Positions 36,441 through 49,800 of a stretch of 64,000 nucleotides of DNA are shown here, in pieces (the stretch's first letter is position 1; every line of letters starts with the position of its first letter). The stretch is from IMG/VR virus record IMGVR_UViG_3300009085_000002, positions 1-64,000 of that record. One strand, given 5' to 3'. The notes under the pieces were generated by a model that ran no database searches, had not been told where the DNA came from, and was given only the letters and a program-made list of their open reading frames with translations. This DNA comes from a virus. The translations under genes and the position numbers were made by a program.

Positions 36441-38552
36441 ATGTCTTATAATAATAAAAAAAATAAGAAACTATCTTTTGCTGATTTAGCAAAGAAAATA
36501 GATAAAAAGTATTCTAAAGCTTCTAAATATGATAAAGTAGCACAGGAGTCCAAAGAATCAGAATTAGAAACCCTAAGATTACAACAAGAGGGTATTAAAA
36601 ATAATCTTCCTCAGTATGGTGGAGGTGGTGCATTACAAGGGGGTGTCACTGGATTATCTACAGGTGCTCAAATAGGTACTATGATAATGCCAGGTTGGGG
36701 TACTGCTATAGGGGGAGGTTTAGGACTAATTGGTGGTGCTTTAATGGGTAGTAAAGCAGAAGATAAGGCTAAAAAAGAAGAAGAAAAAAGATATCAAGAT
36801 CAATTAGAAATGCAAAGAATTGCTTTACAGATGCAATCAAAAGCAATGCAACCTATGCAATATGCTAATATGGGAATGTCTAATAAACCAGTAGTTTCTT
36901 TTGCTTATGGAGGAGATTTAGCCAAAACAATGCAAACAGGATTAATGCAGTATAATGGACCTTTACATGGTAATAATCCTAATGGTGGTATTCCTATTGA
37001 TAAAAATGGAGTTCCTACAAATATAAGTAATAATCAACCAATAGCTTCTACTGAAGGTGGAGAACTTGCTTATAAGGGATATATTTATTCTAATAAATTA
37101 GGACCAGAAGGAGAAATAATTAATAAAAAAACTATATCAAAAACTACTACTCCTATAGAATCTATACAAAAAGTTCCTTATAAAACTATAGAACAATTAC
37201 CTTATGAAATAAAAGAAAGAATACAAGGCAGACAACAAACTAATATTAATAAAACTGAATCTACTAAAACTTATTCAGTAAGTCCTAATTTTAGACCAAT
37301 TACTTCTGAAACATTTAGACAGCATAATAAAAAAAATTCTATATTTTCAGATGATGAGTTAAAAAATATATATAGTAAAGATCCTAAAGAAGCTGCTGAA
37401 TTAGCAAACAAAAGAATAAAAGAAACTTATGGTACATTAGAAGATAATTATTTACCTTACAAGTTTGAAGCAAAAGATGGTAAGTTAAATATTAGAAATA
37501 ATAGAGCTATAGTTACATTTAATAAATCTGAATATAGTGAATCTGGAAAGAAGAAACCTAAATCCATAGGAGATACTTATGAATTATATGATTATGATAA
37601 ACCAGTTAAAGATCAATTGGGAGATATTCAAAAAAGGTTTATATTAACAGGAGAACAACCTAAGATGCAATATGGGGGAGAATTAGGAGATATATCTGGT
37701 TTAGGTTCTTTATTAGGAGATACTAGTACTGGATTAGGAAATTTAGGTACAGGACAAATTATGGACACAAGTTCTGAATTAGGTAGTGTGTCAAACTTAA
37801 GTTCAATACTAGGAGGAGAATCTGGAGGAGGATTTATGCAAGGATTAGGTAATGTAGGATCTTTTCTTAATAAAAATCAGGGATTATTAAGTGGATTATC
37901 TGGGTTAGCTTCTGAAATAGGAGTTAATAAAAGAGATATTAGAAATGCAATTCCAGCACCAGTTAATTATCAAAGAGTTACTCCTTATATGGTTAATTAT
38001 AATCAAGAAAGACAAGATATAGGTCAAACTTTTGATATTGCTGAGAATCAAGCTAGAAAAAATGCTATAAATTCTTCTAGAACTAGAGGAGAATTAATGA
38101 CAAGTATGGCTGCTGCAAATGCTGGTTTAGCAAGACAAAGAGGTAGTGCTATAGGACAATCTTATCAGAATGAACAAGTACAAAATGTTAATAGTTTAAC
38201 TCAAGCTAATAGAGTAAATTCTATGATTCAAATGGAAGAAGCAAATACTAGACAACAAGAACTAGATGCTGCTGAAGCTAAAAAATCACAAGCATATCAT
38301 AACATATCTCAGTCTTATCAAGGATTTTTAAGAGATCAGTCTGCTGAAAGAAGTCAAGATGAAGCAATGAAATATCTAGGATTAGGTAGTCCTTCTTTAG
38401 GACAAATAGAAGTAAGCGGATCTAAATATCCTTCAGTTAATGTAGGAAATGGATTATCTTATGCAAATGTAAATGGAGAAAAGATGTATTTCTATAATAA
38501 TAATCCTATAACTCAAGAACAATATAAGAGTATATTAATGGGAGGTTCCTAA
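36441..38552 (+). CDS. ejected cargo protein 1 (glycine-zipper membrane segment)
   Basis: GAQIGTMIMPGWGTAIGGGLGLIGG glycine zipper; GPLHGNNPNGG...EGGE motif; repeated xYGG motifs; follows muzzle. Confidence 0.7.
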   Translation: MSYNNKKNKKLSFADLAKKIDKKYSKASKYDKVAQESKESELETLRLQQEGIKNNLPQYGGGGALQGGVTGLSTGAQIGTMIMPGWGTAIGGGLGLIGGALMGSKAEDKAKKEEEKRYQDQLEMQRIALQMQSKAMQPMQYANMGMSNKPVVSFAYGGDLAKTMQTGLMQYNGPLHGNNPNGGIPIDKNGVPTNISNNQPIASTEGGELAYKGYIYSNKLGPEGEIINKKTISKTTTPIESIQKVPYKTIEQLPYEIKERIQGRQQTNINKTESTKTYSVSPNFRPITSETFRQHNKKNSIFSDDELKNIYSKDPKEAAELANKRIKETYGTLEDNYLPYKFEAKDGKLNIRNNRAIVTFNKSEYSESGKKKPKSIGDTYELYDYDKPVKDQLGDIQKRFILTGEQPKMQYGGELGDISGLGSLLGDTSTGLGNLGTGQIMDTSSELGSVSNLSSILGGESGGGFMQGLGNVGSFLNKNQGLLSGLSGLASEIGVNKRDIRNAIPAPVNYQRVTPYMVNYNQERQDIGQTFDIAENQARKNAINSSRTRGELMTSMAAANAGLARQRGSAIGQSYQNEQVQNVNSLTQANRVNSMIQMEEANTRQQELDAAEAKKSQAYHNISQSYQGFLRDQSAERSQDEAMKYLGLGSPSLGQIEVSGSKYPSVNVGNGLSYANVNGEKMYFYNNNPITQEQYKSILMGGS

Positions 38553-40861
38553 TGCCAAGATATAACTATACACCAAGTAATCTACAACCAGGTTATGTAT
38601 CTCAATTTGTACCTATAGATTACCAATTTATTACTGGAGAAATTGATAAGAGGCAACAAAGAATAGATACTGCTACTCTTAATAAAGGAAAAGCTGTAGA
38701 AGATTTAAATAAAGATTTTGCAGTTACTCCAGAAGATCAGGAATATCTTGATAATATGAGAGAAGGCATAAAAAATGATTTTAAAGATATTATAAATAAA
38801 TATGATGGGGATTTAAGTACAGCTTCCAATGATTTAGTTACTTATATAGGAAATATGAGGAGTGATCCATTTTGGCAATCAAATGAAATAAATAAGTTAA
38901 AATGGGATGAGTATGAAAAGAAAAGAATGGAGTTTGGGGATCAAGCAGTACAATTTATGAAACCATCTTCAGTAACTAAATTTGATGAAAATGGTACTTT
39001 TAGGGGTATTAAAACTCCACAAGAATTACAATATGAAATAGAAAAAAAGACAGATTCAGAACAAATAGCTACAGATATATATAAAAATTTGCAAGCAGAT
39101 AGTAAATTTAAAGGTATAGATTATATAGGGTATTGGGCTAAGTTCAATGATATAAAAGAGATTACAGATCAGAAAATTAAAGATGTAGCACATAACAGTA
39201 TTAATGCATTTAAGGAAGCAGACCCTCAGTTTCTTAGAAGAATATTATTAAATAATGGTATGTATAATGCATCTGGAATTACTCCAGAACAAGCAGAACA
39301 ATTACTTAATAAAAAAGCTAGAGAAGAAGGGGTGATATATAATGGTAAATTATATAAAGGAGATAATCAAGTAGATAATATTATTTATAATTTTTTAATT
39401 GCATCTAATGCAGATAGACCTTATGAACAAGAGGATTATAAAGTATTAGAAAATCCTTATGCTGTAGAAAAGTTAAGAGCACAATTTACTCCTCAACCTA
39501 GGCAGTATCCTGGAGAATCTGGCTATTTACAACAAGTAGACCCAATACAGGAAGTTAAAGATGCTTTAGTAAAGAATAAAGAACTTACTTTAACTGATTT
39601 AGGTGCAGTAGGAAGAATAATAGAAAACACTAATATAGAAAAAGACCCTAATGCACAAAATACATGGTTTGAAAGACTTGCGTGGAATTTAGTTCCTTCT
39701 AATATTAAAAAAGCTGGAGCAGTTCTTAAAGAAGTTAAAAATAAGCAAGTATCTACTATAATGAATTCTAAAGGAATAACAGGAGATCCTAATGATTATC
39801 TTATAAAAAAAGATATAGATGGTAATCCTACTTTAGTAAGAGCAACTCAATTTCAGAAAGTTCCTTATACTGTAACTGGAGGAGAAATGTCTCAGGAAAC
39901 TCTTAAATTTTTAAAGAATAGATACGCAGGTACTTTGTATAATGCGGGGTTAGTTCTAAGCCAAGATCCTTCTGGTAATTTAGATATAAAATCTAAGGAA
40001 GGTAAGCCTCTTAATTTCGATGAGTATACTAAAGTAAATCAGTTTGTTGCAGATAGGATTAATGATAATTATACATTATATAATCCTACTTGGGAAAATC
40101 CTATAGTTGTAGATGCAAAAGGAAAAGAATCTACTTATGGACAATCTAGAGAAGATGATTTGGGTCTTACAGAATTTAATAAGAATATTTATGGAGAGAA
40201 AGATAAAGATAAAATAATATCTTCAGCTGCAAGTAATTTAAATATAGATTTAGATAATAAAAACTTTTTCTATGTGGGAGGTAACTCAGATTATGAGGGG
40301 CAATATTTAGAAAATGCTTCTTTTAGTGATATTATTAAGAATAATAAGTTACCTTTAATAGGATTTAATGTAATTGGTAATTCTAATGATTTACCTGGAG
40401 TTGGACCAATGGATATAATTGAAATAAGAATGGGTGCGCCTGGAGGTAAAGAAATTAAAACTATTAAAACTGCCAGACCTAGATCAGATGCTTCTATATT
40501 AGATTATTTAGATGCTGGACAAAAACAAATACAGTATGGGTATGAACATAATAATGAAATAGTTATACCACTAGATAAAACTGCTCAAACAGATATTTTA
40601 AATTCAAGAGAATTAGGAGAAACTACTGAGTTCGCACAAAATCCTAAAGGAAAGTTTGTTAAAATTGTACCAGTTACTAGAGGTAATAATAGTATTGGAT
40701 TTGAAGTAATATATCCTAGTACTGGAGGAATAATGAAAAGTATGAATAATCCTACAAATGATCCAAATTTACCTAATTCTGCCTATTATCCTAGTGTAGA
40801 AGAAGCTTATAATGGTTTCTATTCTAGTTATATTGATATGTTAAGTAAACCTAAGAAATAA
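38552..40861 (+). CDS. ejected cargo protein 2
   Basis: YVSQFVPID N-terminal motif; located between cargo 1 and RNAP. Confidence 0.65.
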   Translation: MPRYNYTPSNLQPGYVSQFVPIDYQFITGEIDKRQQRIDTATLNKGKAVEDLNKDFAVTPEDQEYLDNMREGIKNDFKDIINKYDGDLSTASNDLVTYIGNMRSDPFWQSNEINKLKWDEYEKKRMEFGDQAVQFMKPSSVTKFDENGTFRGIKTPQELQYEIEKKTDSEQIATDIYKNLQADSKFKGIDYIGYWAKFNDIKEITDQKIKDVAHNSINAFKEADPQFLRRILLNNGMYNASGITPEQAEQLLNKKAREEGVIYNGKLYKGDNQVDNIIYNFLIASNADRPYEQEDYKVLENPYAVEKLRAQFTPQPRQYPGESGYLQQVDPIQEVKDALVKNKELTLTDLGAVGRIIENTNIEKDPNAQNTWFERLAWNLVPSNIKKAGAVLKEVKNKQVSTIMNSKGITGDPNDYLIKKDIDGNPTLVRATQFQKVPYTVTGGEMSQETLKFLKNRYAGTLYNAGLVLSQDPSGNLDIKSKEGKPLNFDEYTKVNQFVADRINDNYTLYNPTWENPIVVDAKGKESTYGQSREDDLGLTEFNKNIYGEKDKDKIISSAASNLNIDLDNKNFFYVGGNSDYEGQYLENASFSDIIKNNKLPLIGFNVIGNSNDLPGVGPMDIIEIRMGAPGGKEIKTIKTARPRSDASILDYLDAGQKQIQYGYEHNNEIVIPLDKTAQTDILNSRELGETTEFAQNPKGKFVKIVPVTRGNNSIGFEVIYPSTGGIMKSMNNPTNDPNLPNSAYYPSVEEAYNGFYSSYIDMLSKPKK

Positions 40862-43800
40862 TGCCAGATCCAAAACTTGATATAAGAGCTTTAGAAGAAT
40901 TAAATAACTCAACCCAATCTAATGATATTAGACAAAAAGAGTTTGGAGATGAGGATTTAAAAAAAAAGAATCTTCCTAAATTATCTCAGGAAGATTTTGA
41001 ATATTTAGCTAATACTCAAACTGAATTAGAGCCTCATAAAGCTATAAGTAGACCTTTCTTAACATCTAAATATGATGAACCCCTTCAACCTGGAGAAAGT
41101 ATTAAAGATAATAGTTGGATAGAAAAGCATAGAGCTAATAATCAACCTTGGCATCATGAAGCTACAAATGCTATTGCAGGAGGTATTACTAAAGGAGTTT
41201 TTGGGGCAATAGAAAATATGGGGTATCTTCTAGATTTTACTACACAATTAGGTTATAATAATATTTTAGATAAAGCAGAGTCTAATGCAGTATCAGATGC
41301 ATTTAGGCAAGCTAGATTAAAAGTAGATGAAGTATTACCTATATATAAAGATAATCCTGATACATTTTTAGATGGCTGGAGAGCAACATCAGACATACTT
41401 CAGAATGTTACTGAGTTTGCTATACCTGGAGGTATTATAGCTAAAGGTATAGGTAAAGGAGTTTCTTTATTAGGAAAATTAGGTAGATATGGTAATTTAT
41501 TAGCAAATAGTGAAACTGCTACAGAAATATTAAGTACTGTTCCTACAGCATATTTAACTAATAGGATGGAATCTGCTAGAATGGCTGTAGAAGATTTTGA
41601 ACAAAATATGCAAATGCTAAGTCCCTATATTAAAGCAGGACAAATATCTTCTGAGAAAGCTGCACAAATAGCTCAAGATGAGGCTAATAAGATTTATATG
41701 AGAAATCTACCTATGATGTGGACTGATATATTAGCATTAAAAGGTATAATAAAAGGTTCTAAGTTAACTAGGGGTGCATATAATAAAACTCAAAAACAAT
41801 TAAATAGAAGTCTATTTAATAAAGTTACAGAATTTACAGGACAAAATGCTTTAGAAGGTTTAGAGGAAACTTACCAAGGAATTGCTGAAAGAGAAGCAAC
41901 TTATAATACTTTAAAGAGAGCAGGAATAGATCCTAAAGGAATATATAATGGAAATTTAGGAGAAAGAATTAGTAATTATTTAGGAGATAAATCTTTACAA
42001 TACGAAGCTTTATTGGGATTTATGGCTGGAGGTATGCAAAGATTAGGTGCTCAAGTAGTTAGTGGTGGATTTTATAGTAATAAAGATAGAGATAGAGATC
42101 AACAATTACAGAATGATAGAGAAGAATTATTAACAAGTACTTCTTCTAATTTACAAGGAATGCTTCAATCTTTTATAAAAAAAGAAACTTCTAAACAAGA
42201 AGCTATAAATAAAGGATATTCTCATGAAGCAGAACTGTGGGATGATATAGATTATATAAATAATATAACTGCACATTTATCTTATGGTACAGTAGATAAG
42301 CTAGAATCCGTGTTAGATGTTGTAGAACAAGATGGTATTAAATCCTTTGGAGAAGAATCTTCATTAACTCAAGAAGATGAGCCTCAGATTAAAACTGCTG
42401 CAAGAGAATTAAAAGATAAATTAAGGTTTGCTGAAAAGAAATGGTTAAAATATAGCAATCTACCTTTTAAATCTAGAGTTAGTACTGTAAATAATGAAAT
42501 GATATATACTTCTCTGGAAAAAGTTGGAAAAGGATTAGACTCTAAAATATCTGAGATTAAAGATGATATAAGAAAAGTTATTGAATCCTCTAATTTTAAG
42601 GAACATTTAGGAAATATAAAATTAGATGAACCTAGAAAAGCTTTCTTAGGTAATAAAGATCTTAATGCACAATATACTAACTTTATTGAGCAGACAAGTA
42701 ATGATAAAATAACTGAGTTAGAACAATTACAACAGGATAAAGCTGGAATAGAAAATTATAAAAGAAATTTAAGAACTAGTATATCAGAATCTACTACTCC
42801 TAAAGCTATAGCAAAAGCTAAAAGAGAGGAAATGAATGATATAGAAAAACAAAAGGAAAAAATAGTTGAAGAAACAAACAATCTTAAAAAAGAAAAAACA
42901 AGAGAAAATAGAAGTAAACAAGAGTATGATAATTTATCTTCTAGAGCTCCTAATGCAGATAATATTTCTAAATTAGATAATATTGATAAGGAAATAAAAT
43001 CTAATAAGTTTCTTAATAGTCGAGATAAAGAGGAATTATTCAAGAATATAAAAGCTCAAAGAGACCATTTAGAAAAGATTAAAACTCAACCTAAAGTAGT
43101 TTCTACTGAAGAGGAGGTAACTAAACCTTCGGAATTTACAGAAGGATTTACTACTTTAGAAGATATGGGTATAGAACCTCCAACAGGTACTAACAAAGTT
43201 AAAGATATACAAATAGGAAATCATATAGCTAAACTTAATTATGATAATACATATTCTTTCTTTAGAAAATCTAAAGAAGGTAAATTATCATTATTAAATA
43301 ATCCTACAGTATCTACCATTAAGGAAGCTAAAATAGTATTAAGTGAATTAAATAAAGAATTAGATATAAAAGAATCCAATAATCAGGAAGAATTATCAGA
43401 ATTATTATCTAAACAGGATAGAAATAGTGATCCTGATACTTATACTTCTGAAAGTAATAAATCTGTTAATTCTAATAACACCCAGTCAGAATTAAATGAA
43501 GGTTCTTTAAAACAACCTGGAAGTATTTTTGATACTAATAAAGATGATAAGAACTCTGGTTATTCTTCAATAACTCAAGCTTATAATACTATAGCGTGGT
43601 TAGGTAGAAAATATAGACAAGAAACTAGGGATAATAATACAGTTATAATTGATTTAGAAGATGAATTAAATGAATCTTCTTTTAAACTATTAATGGATCC
43701 AGATAAATTCCTTCCTGGATCTAAAATTACTCTAGAAGTAGAAGATGATGATTCAGTTCCAATGTATGATTTAAATCTAAGAGATTTTGAATCTATAACT

Positions 43801-46800
43801 ACTTGGGGAGAATATAAGAAATCCTTAATGGAAAATAGAGTATTTGAAGATTTAACTAATGAAGAAAAAGACTTATATATATCTAATATCCCAGTAAGAA
43901 TTATTGATGAATATAATAATAAATTAGGATATATACATAGAACTGAATGGAGTGATATAGATAGAATTTCAGGAGATGTAGAATTAGATAGAAAAAATAA
44001 TTTAGAACTAAGAAAATCTGTATATGAAAAGAGTTCATTAAATACAGAAATTACTTATAAATCCTATGGTTCTTTAATGAGTGCAGTGGATAATAAAAAA
44101 GATTCTTTAAAGAATAGATTTAAAGATCCTAACTTAGTTATATCTGTATGGAATCATGAAACTCAATCTTTACAATTGAGTAGAGATAAAAAATATAAAG
44201 GACATAAAGATGATATTTTAGTAAATACAACTTTAGTGTCTGGTATTCCTTATGTTATAGCAAAAATTCAGAAGAATACTTATATGGGTATACCTGTAAC
44301 TTCTTCTAAGATAAAAGATTATAACAAAGATTTATCTAATAGCCTATTAAAAGTAGTAGATATATGGACAAAATCAAACAGTAAACAACCTTTAATTCCT
44401 ATAGAACAATCATTAGTAGATCAAATAATGGATATGACTAATAATGATGTTAGAACTTTTAGAGGATTTAGAGATTTTATAAAAATCTTTTTGAAAGATT
44501 ATAATACTAAAGGAAAAGATCTAAAATCTTTTGATAGAAATGATTTAAAAGTATCTGATGCTGATGGTATAATTCATTTTACTGGAAACAGTATAGAATT
44601 TTTTACAGGTGGCTTAGATAAAGTATTAGAAATAGGGACTAATACTCCTATTAATTCTATAAATAATCTTAAACTTATTTTAAAAAACGTAGTAGATAAT
44701 GCTTATATTAATGTCAATCTTGATTATATGGAAAATAATAATTTCTATGTTCCGTTTATTCAAGAAAATAAAGTTATAGACTTAAACAATGGTAAATCTT
44801 ATAAAGATTTTTTAAAAGAAGTTTTGAATACCAATTTATTATCATTTAATATAGGAACTGAAGAGACTCCAAATTTTATATATACTACTCAGCAAGTAAT
44901 AACTTTTGATTCTAAGTTAAATCCTATATCTACCAGAGAAGAAAACAATACAATTACTACTCCTCAAAGTTTAATAACTAAAAATGTTAATATAGAAAAT
45001 AAAACTAAAGAAGGATTTAATGAATTCTTTGGTAAATATACTGCAAGTTTAGATGATTTTATAGATGAAATGCCTTTAGTAACTAAAGAAGAAGATATAG
45101 AAATAGATGATCCTTACATAATGAAAGGATTTAATTTCTATGAACAATCCTTAATTATTAATTCTAGTCTAGGAACTATATTAGATTTTGTAAAAGCTGC
45201 TGATGAACAAAATGCAGGTCTTAAAGTTAATAAAACTTTAGAGTCCTATAAGAAGTCTATAGAAAGTGTTAGAGATGATTATCAAGAGATTGGTAATAAA
45301 AAAATGACAGATTTCTATAATAAATGGTTAAACAATTATGATAAATTTTCTAATATTCTTAAACTAAAATTCCAAAGATTAAGGGATGTTCATAATAAAG
45401 GTTTAATTGGAGATATAGAAGAAATTCTAAATGAAGACTTTGAAGATACAACTACATTAGAAAAATCTTTTAATGATGACTTTTATTTAACTTTGAATAA
45501 AGCAAATAAGACTACAGCAAGATTTAGATATTTCTTAACTGGAATTAAAAGATTAGATAAGAATGGTAATCCTCAATTATATGCACCTGGTTTATATAAG
45601 ACTGTAAATTTTGATGAGGTATTTTCTACCTTACAAAGATTATTATCTAATATAAGATCAAATTATAATACTATGTATAATGAATTACTTCAGTATAAAA
45701 ATAGTATTGATTGGATGCCAGATTTCTTAAAAAAGTTAGATAAATCTTCAGAAAGAACTAAGAAAGAATTTGCTGTAACAATGGGATCATCATATATTAA
45801 TATGAAATTTAGTATGTGGTCTCAGCAAGGTAAAGAAAATTATTTTCAAACCTGGGATGCAAATGCTAATAGTACATCTAAATTTCTACAACAACAATGG
45901 AAAGATAATATAGTAGATACTAATTTAATAATATTAGATCCTAAAAGCACAGAGTATAAATTAAATGAAAGTATATCTAATAAGTTATTGGAAGATTTTA
46001 ATAAGTTTAAAGAATCTTTAGTTACTATAGATAATAAAGATATAATAAACTGGTTATCTAATTTAGGTATTAATGTTTCAGATGGAGTAATAAAGCACAT
46101 AAGAACTAATAATATAAGAATTCAAACTTCTGAGAGTAATAAAGTAGGAGTTAAATTAAGCTGGGATCAACAATTTGAAACTAGTGGAATATTTGGTAAT
46201 TTAAATGAGAAACTTAAAACTTTATTAAAGCAACAAAAAGATGGAGAAGAAATAAATTTTACAGATCTATTTAATGGTAGACCTATAAATACTTTTGCTA
46301 GAATAATTGCATCTATAGAAGATATTATATCACCTAATTCTTTTGTTATAGCTAATAAAACATACTATCCTTTTAGTTTAACTAAATTCTTAACAGATAG
46401 AACTAGAGATATATTAGAAGATAAGATGGTAATAAATGCATTATTAAATAATTCTTATTCTAAAGATTCTTTATTACTTAATAGAATGGTATCTAGAGAT
46501 AAGGGCGGTAATATAGAATTCTTAGATTCTAGTATTAGAAAAGTATTTGATATACAGTATACTTCTCCAGAAGCTTTAAGAAAGATAAGTGATAAAGAAG
46601 GTAGAAAAGATGAAATTAATGAGTTTACTCCACAGGAACTTGAAGCATTTCAAGCTAATCTATTCTTTGATACCAGATCAAAATTAAATAATGGAAAGGA
46701 TAGAAAAGTAATAATTACATTACCCCCACTATCTGATAAACATAATTTAATGTTATTAGAAACAATTGCATACAGACCTTCATATATTGAATCTAAGGCA

Positions 46801-49800
46801 CAATTATCCAATTCTGATCTCCAAGTATTATATAGCCAGTTAGTGCTCCCAGATTTGAGAAGAATGCTTGTAGAGAAGGAAAATTTGCCAGATATTGATA
46901 AATATAAAGAAGGGCAGAATTTATTCTATCTATTCCCTGAACTTAATAAGTTTGATGAATTTTTTGATAATAATGGAAAAATAGTAGATGATATTTTAGA
47001 CCCAAATAAAGATTATATAAGTAAAATAAAATCAATACTTAATGATTTCTATATTAAGGAAGCTAACACTATTGTAAATAAATGGAAAGAATTTGGCCTT
47101 ATAACTAAAGATAGTAGATATCTTAATGAACAATATTTTAAAGAAAATTTAGATAACAAAGAATTTGATGAACAAAACTTCTTAGCAGCTTTAGATTATT
47201 CAATTAATCATGCAATAATGAAGTCTAATATATATCAGTTATATGTTGGAGATATTGCACAATATTATAAATCTTCTAAATCTAAGAGTAAACTAGATCA
47301 AGTAAAAGATACTATAGATAATGTAGGTAAGAGATTAGCAGGTTTAAATGCCACTGGTATTGATTTAACTAATAATGATGAAAATACTTTTGATATATTA
47401 ATTGCAAAAGATATTAGTACTACTTCTTTTAATATAGAACAACTATCTAATACTTTGTACAATAAGTCTTTTACTAGGCAACAATTATTACAAATGAATA
47501 AAAAGACTTTAGAATCTGAATATCCATATTTGTATCCTTATGTATATATTAATTCTACAGATGCTCAAGAATTAACTACTTGGAGAGATCACTTATATAT
47601 AATGAATCAAAGAGGTTTACTAGATGAAGAAGTTTATAAAGAGATCTATGATAAATTAGAGCAAGGAAAAGAACTAACTTCAGAACAATTAGGTACAGTA
47701 ATGCAACCTATGAAACCTGTATACTTTGGAGATGTGTATGGAGAGAATCCACAGTTTCTTAGAAAATTATATGTTAAATCTTCTAGTTATCCTTTATTAT
47801 CTCAACTAACTAAAGGTACTAATTTAGATAATCTTAGAATTAAGTTAGAAGATTATGAAAAAGAAACTAAAAGAAATATTAGAGTTGCTTATGAATCTGC
47901 CGTTAAAGTAGGTAGTATAAAAAATAAAGCTACTCTCTTTAATGAAGATGGTATTTTTAATGAGAAGTTAGATATTAATAATCATGTGATTAAGAATGTA
48001 CCTAGAAGACACTTTAAAATTCAACAAGATATACCTTATAATGAAGCTAAGAAAGAAATATCTATGGGTACTCAAGGATCTAAACTTCTTTTTGATACAG
48101 TTAGATTTATAAAAGATAAAGTTTTTAATGGTAAAACTGGAACAGAATTATATTCTAATTATTTACAATTACATAAAGAATTATTAAAAATAGGTCAAAA
48201 AGAATTAGAAGATAAATTAAATTATAATTCTTCTACAGGAACTATAAATATTAAGAAATTACAGGAACTACTATTAAATGAAGCTATAGAAAGAGGTTTT
48301 TCAATTAATGAAATAAAAGGATTAGGTTTAAAAAATAACAAGTTTGTTATACCTCCTTATTTATCAGGTAATTGGAAAAAATACCAGGCTTTGTTAACTT
48401 CTCTGGTTACCAATAAAATTATTAAACAACAATTTCCAGGGATAGCTGTAGTACTAGGATCTGAAACTGGATATAAAATAAAAGAAGGTACTGAAGAAAC
48501 TATAAATTCTTATAATATAGTCTATACTAATAAGGATATAAAATTCTTAAAACCTATAAGATTAGTAAAGAAAGATATTTATGAAAAAAGTAAAGTAGAA
48601 GAAGAACCTTCTAAACAAGATTTAAATAATGGTAATTATATTACTTTAGGTTCTCAAGTTATATTACCTTGGAGATTTAAAGATAATGAAGGTAATCTTA
48701 TAAATATACAAGATTATTTAAATGAAGATAACACTCTAAATCTAGATAAGATAGACCCTAAATTATTAGAATGGATAGGATTTAGAATTCCTACACAAAA
48801 ACATTCTTCTATGACTAAGATAGAAGTAGTAGGATTCCTACCTAATCTGTCTGGAGATTTAATCATAGCTTCTCAGGATTTAGTTGCACAAATGGGGTCT
48901 GACTTTGATGTTGATAAGTTATATATGTATAGATATAATTATATGGTAGAAGATGGAATACTTAAAGTTGGAGTTAATGATGAAAATGCAAAAAAAATAA
49001 ATCAAAATAAAATAATAGATATATATCATCAAGTACTTAGTAATAAGGAGATAGTAAAAAAAATGATGAAGCCGTTGGATTATGGTAAGTTAAAGGAATT
49101 ATCAGATAAATATAAATCTTTTATAAAAGAAGATTCTTATAACCCACTCTCTCCTTTATGGAATATGGATAAATTCTTTCAGGCAAATTCTGGAGGTAAA
49201 TTAGGAGTAGCTTCATTTGCATTAACTAGTGTATTAAATGCACAGGCCCAAGGATTAAATCTACAATTCTTAAAAGATGATGGAAGTCCTTTTGAAATTA
49301 ATTTTGGAGATTTTAAGTCTAATGGTACTATTTCAGGAGAACATGTAATAGGAGATAATACTAGATCCATATCTGATGTAATATCTGCATATTTATCTTC
49401 TTCTGTAGATAATGAGAAAGAAAGAATACTAGAAAAGCTTAATATAAATAATCATACATTTCCTATTATTAAAGTATTAACTTTGATGGGATTTGATGAA
49501 GATGTAGTAATACCTTTTATTAACCAACCTATTATTAAACAATATATAAATGAAGTATTTAAATTAAATTCTAAGTTTTCTCAAGTAAAAGGTAAGATAG
49601 GAAAAATTGCTTTTGATAATATTATTAATTCTGATACTTATAAAACAAATACTTCTATAAAAGATTTAGAAGCTATATCAGATATTGGACCTATAGAAAT
49701 GGTTAAATTTTTAACTATGGAAAATCCTCCTAAAGATATACAAATAGGACTATTAAGGAAATTTAAAAAAATTGAAGTATTAGGAGAAACTTTACAAAGA

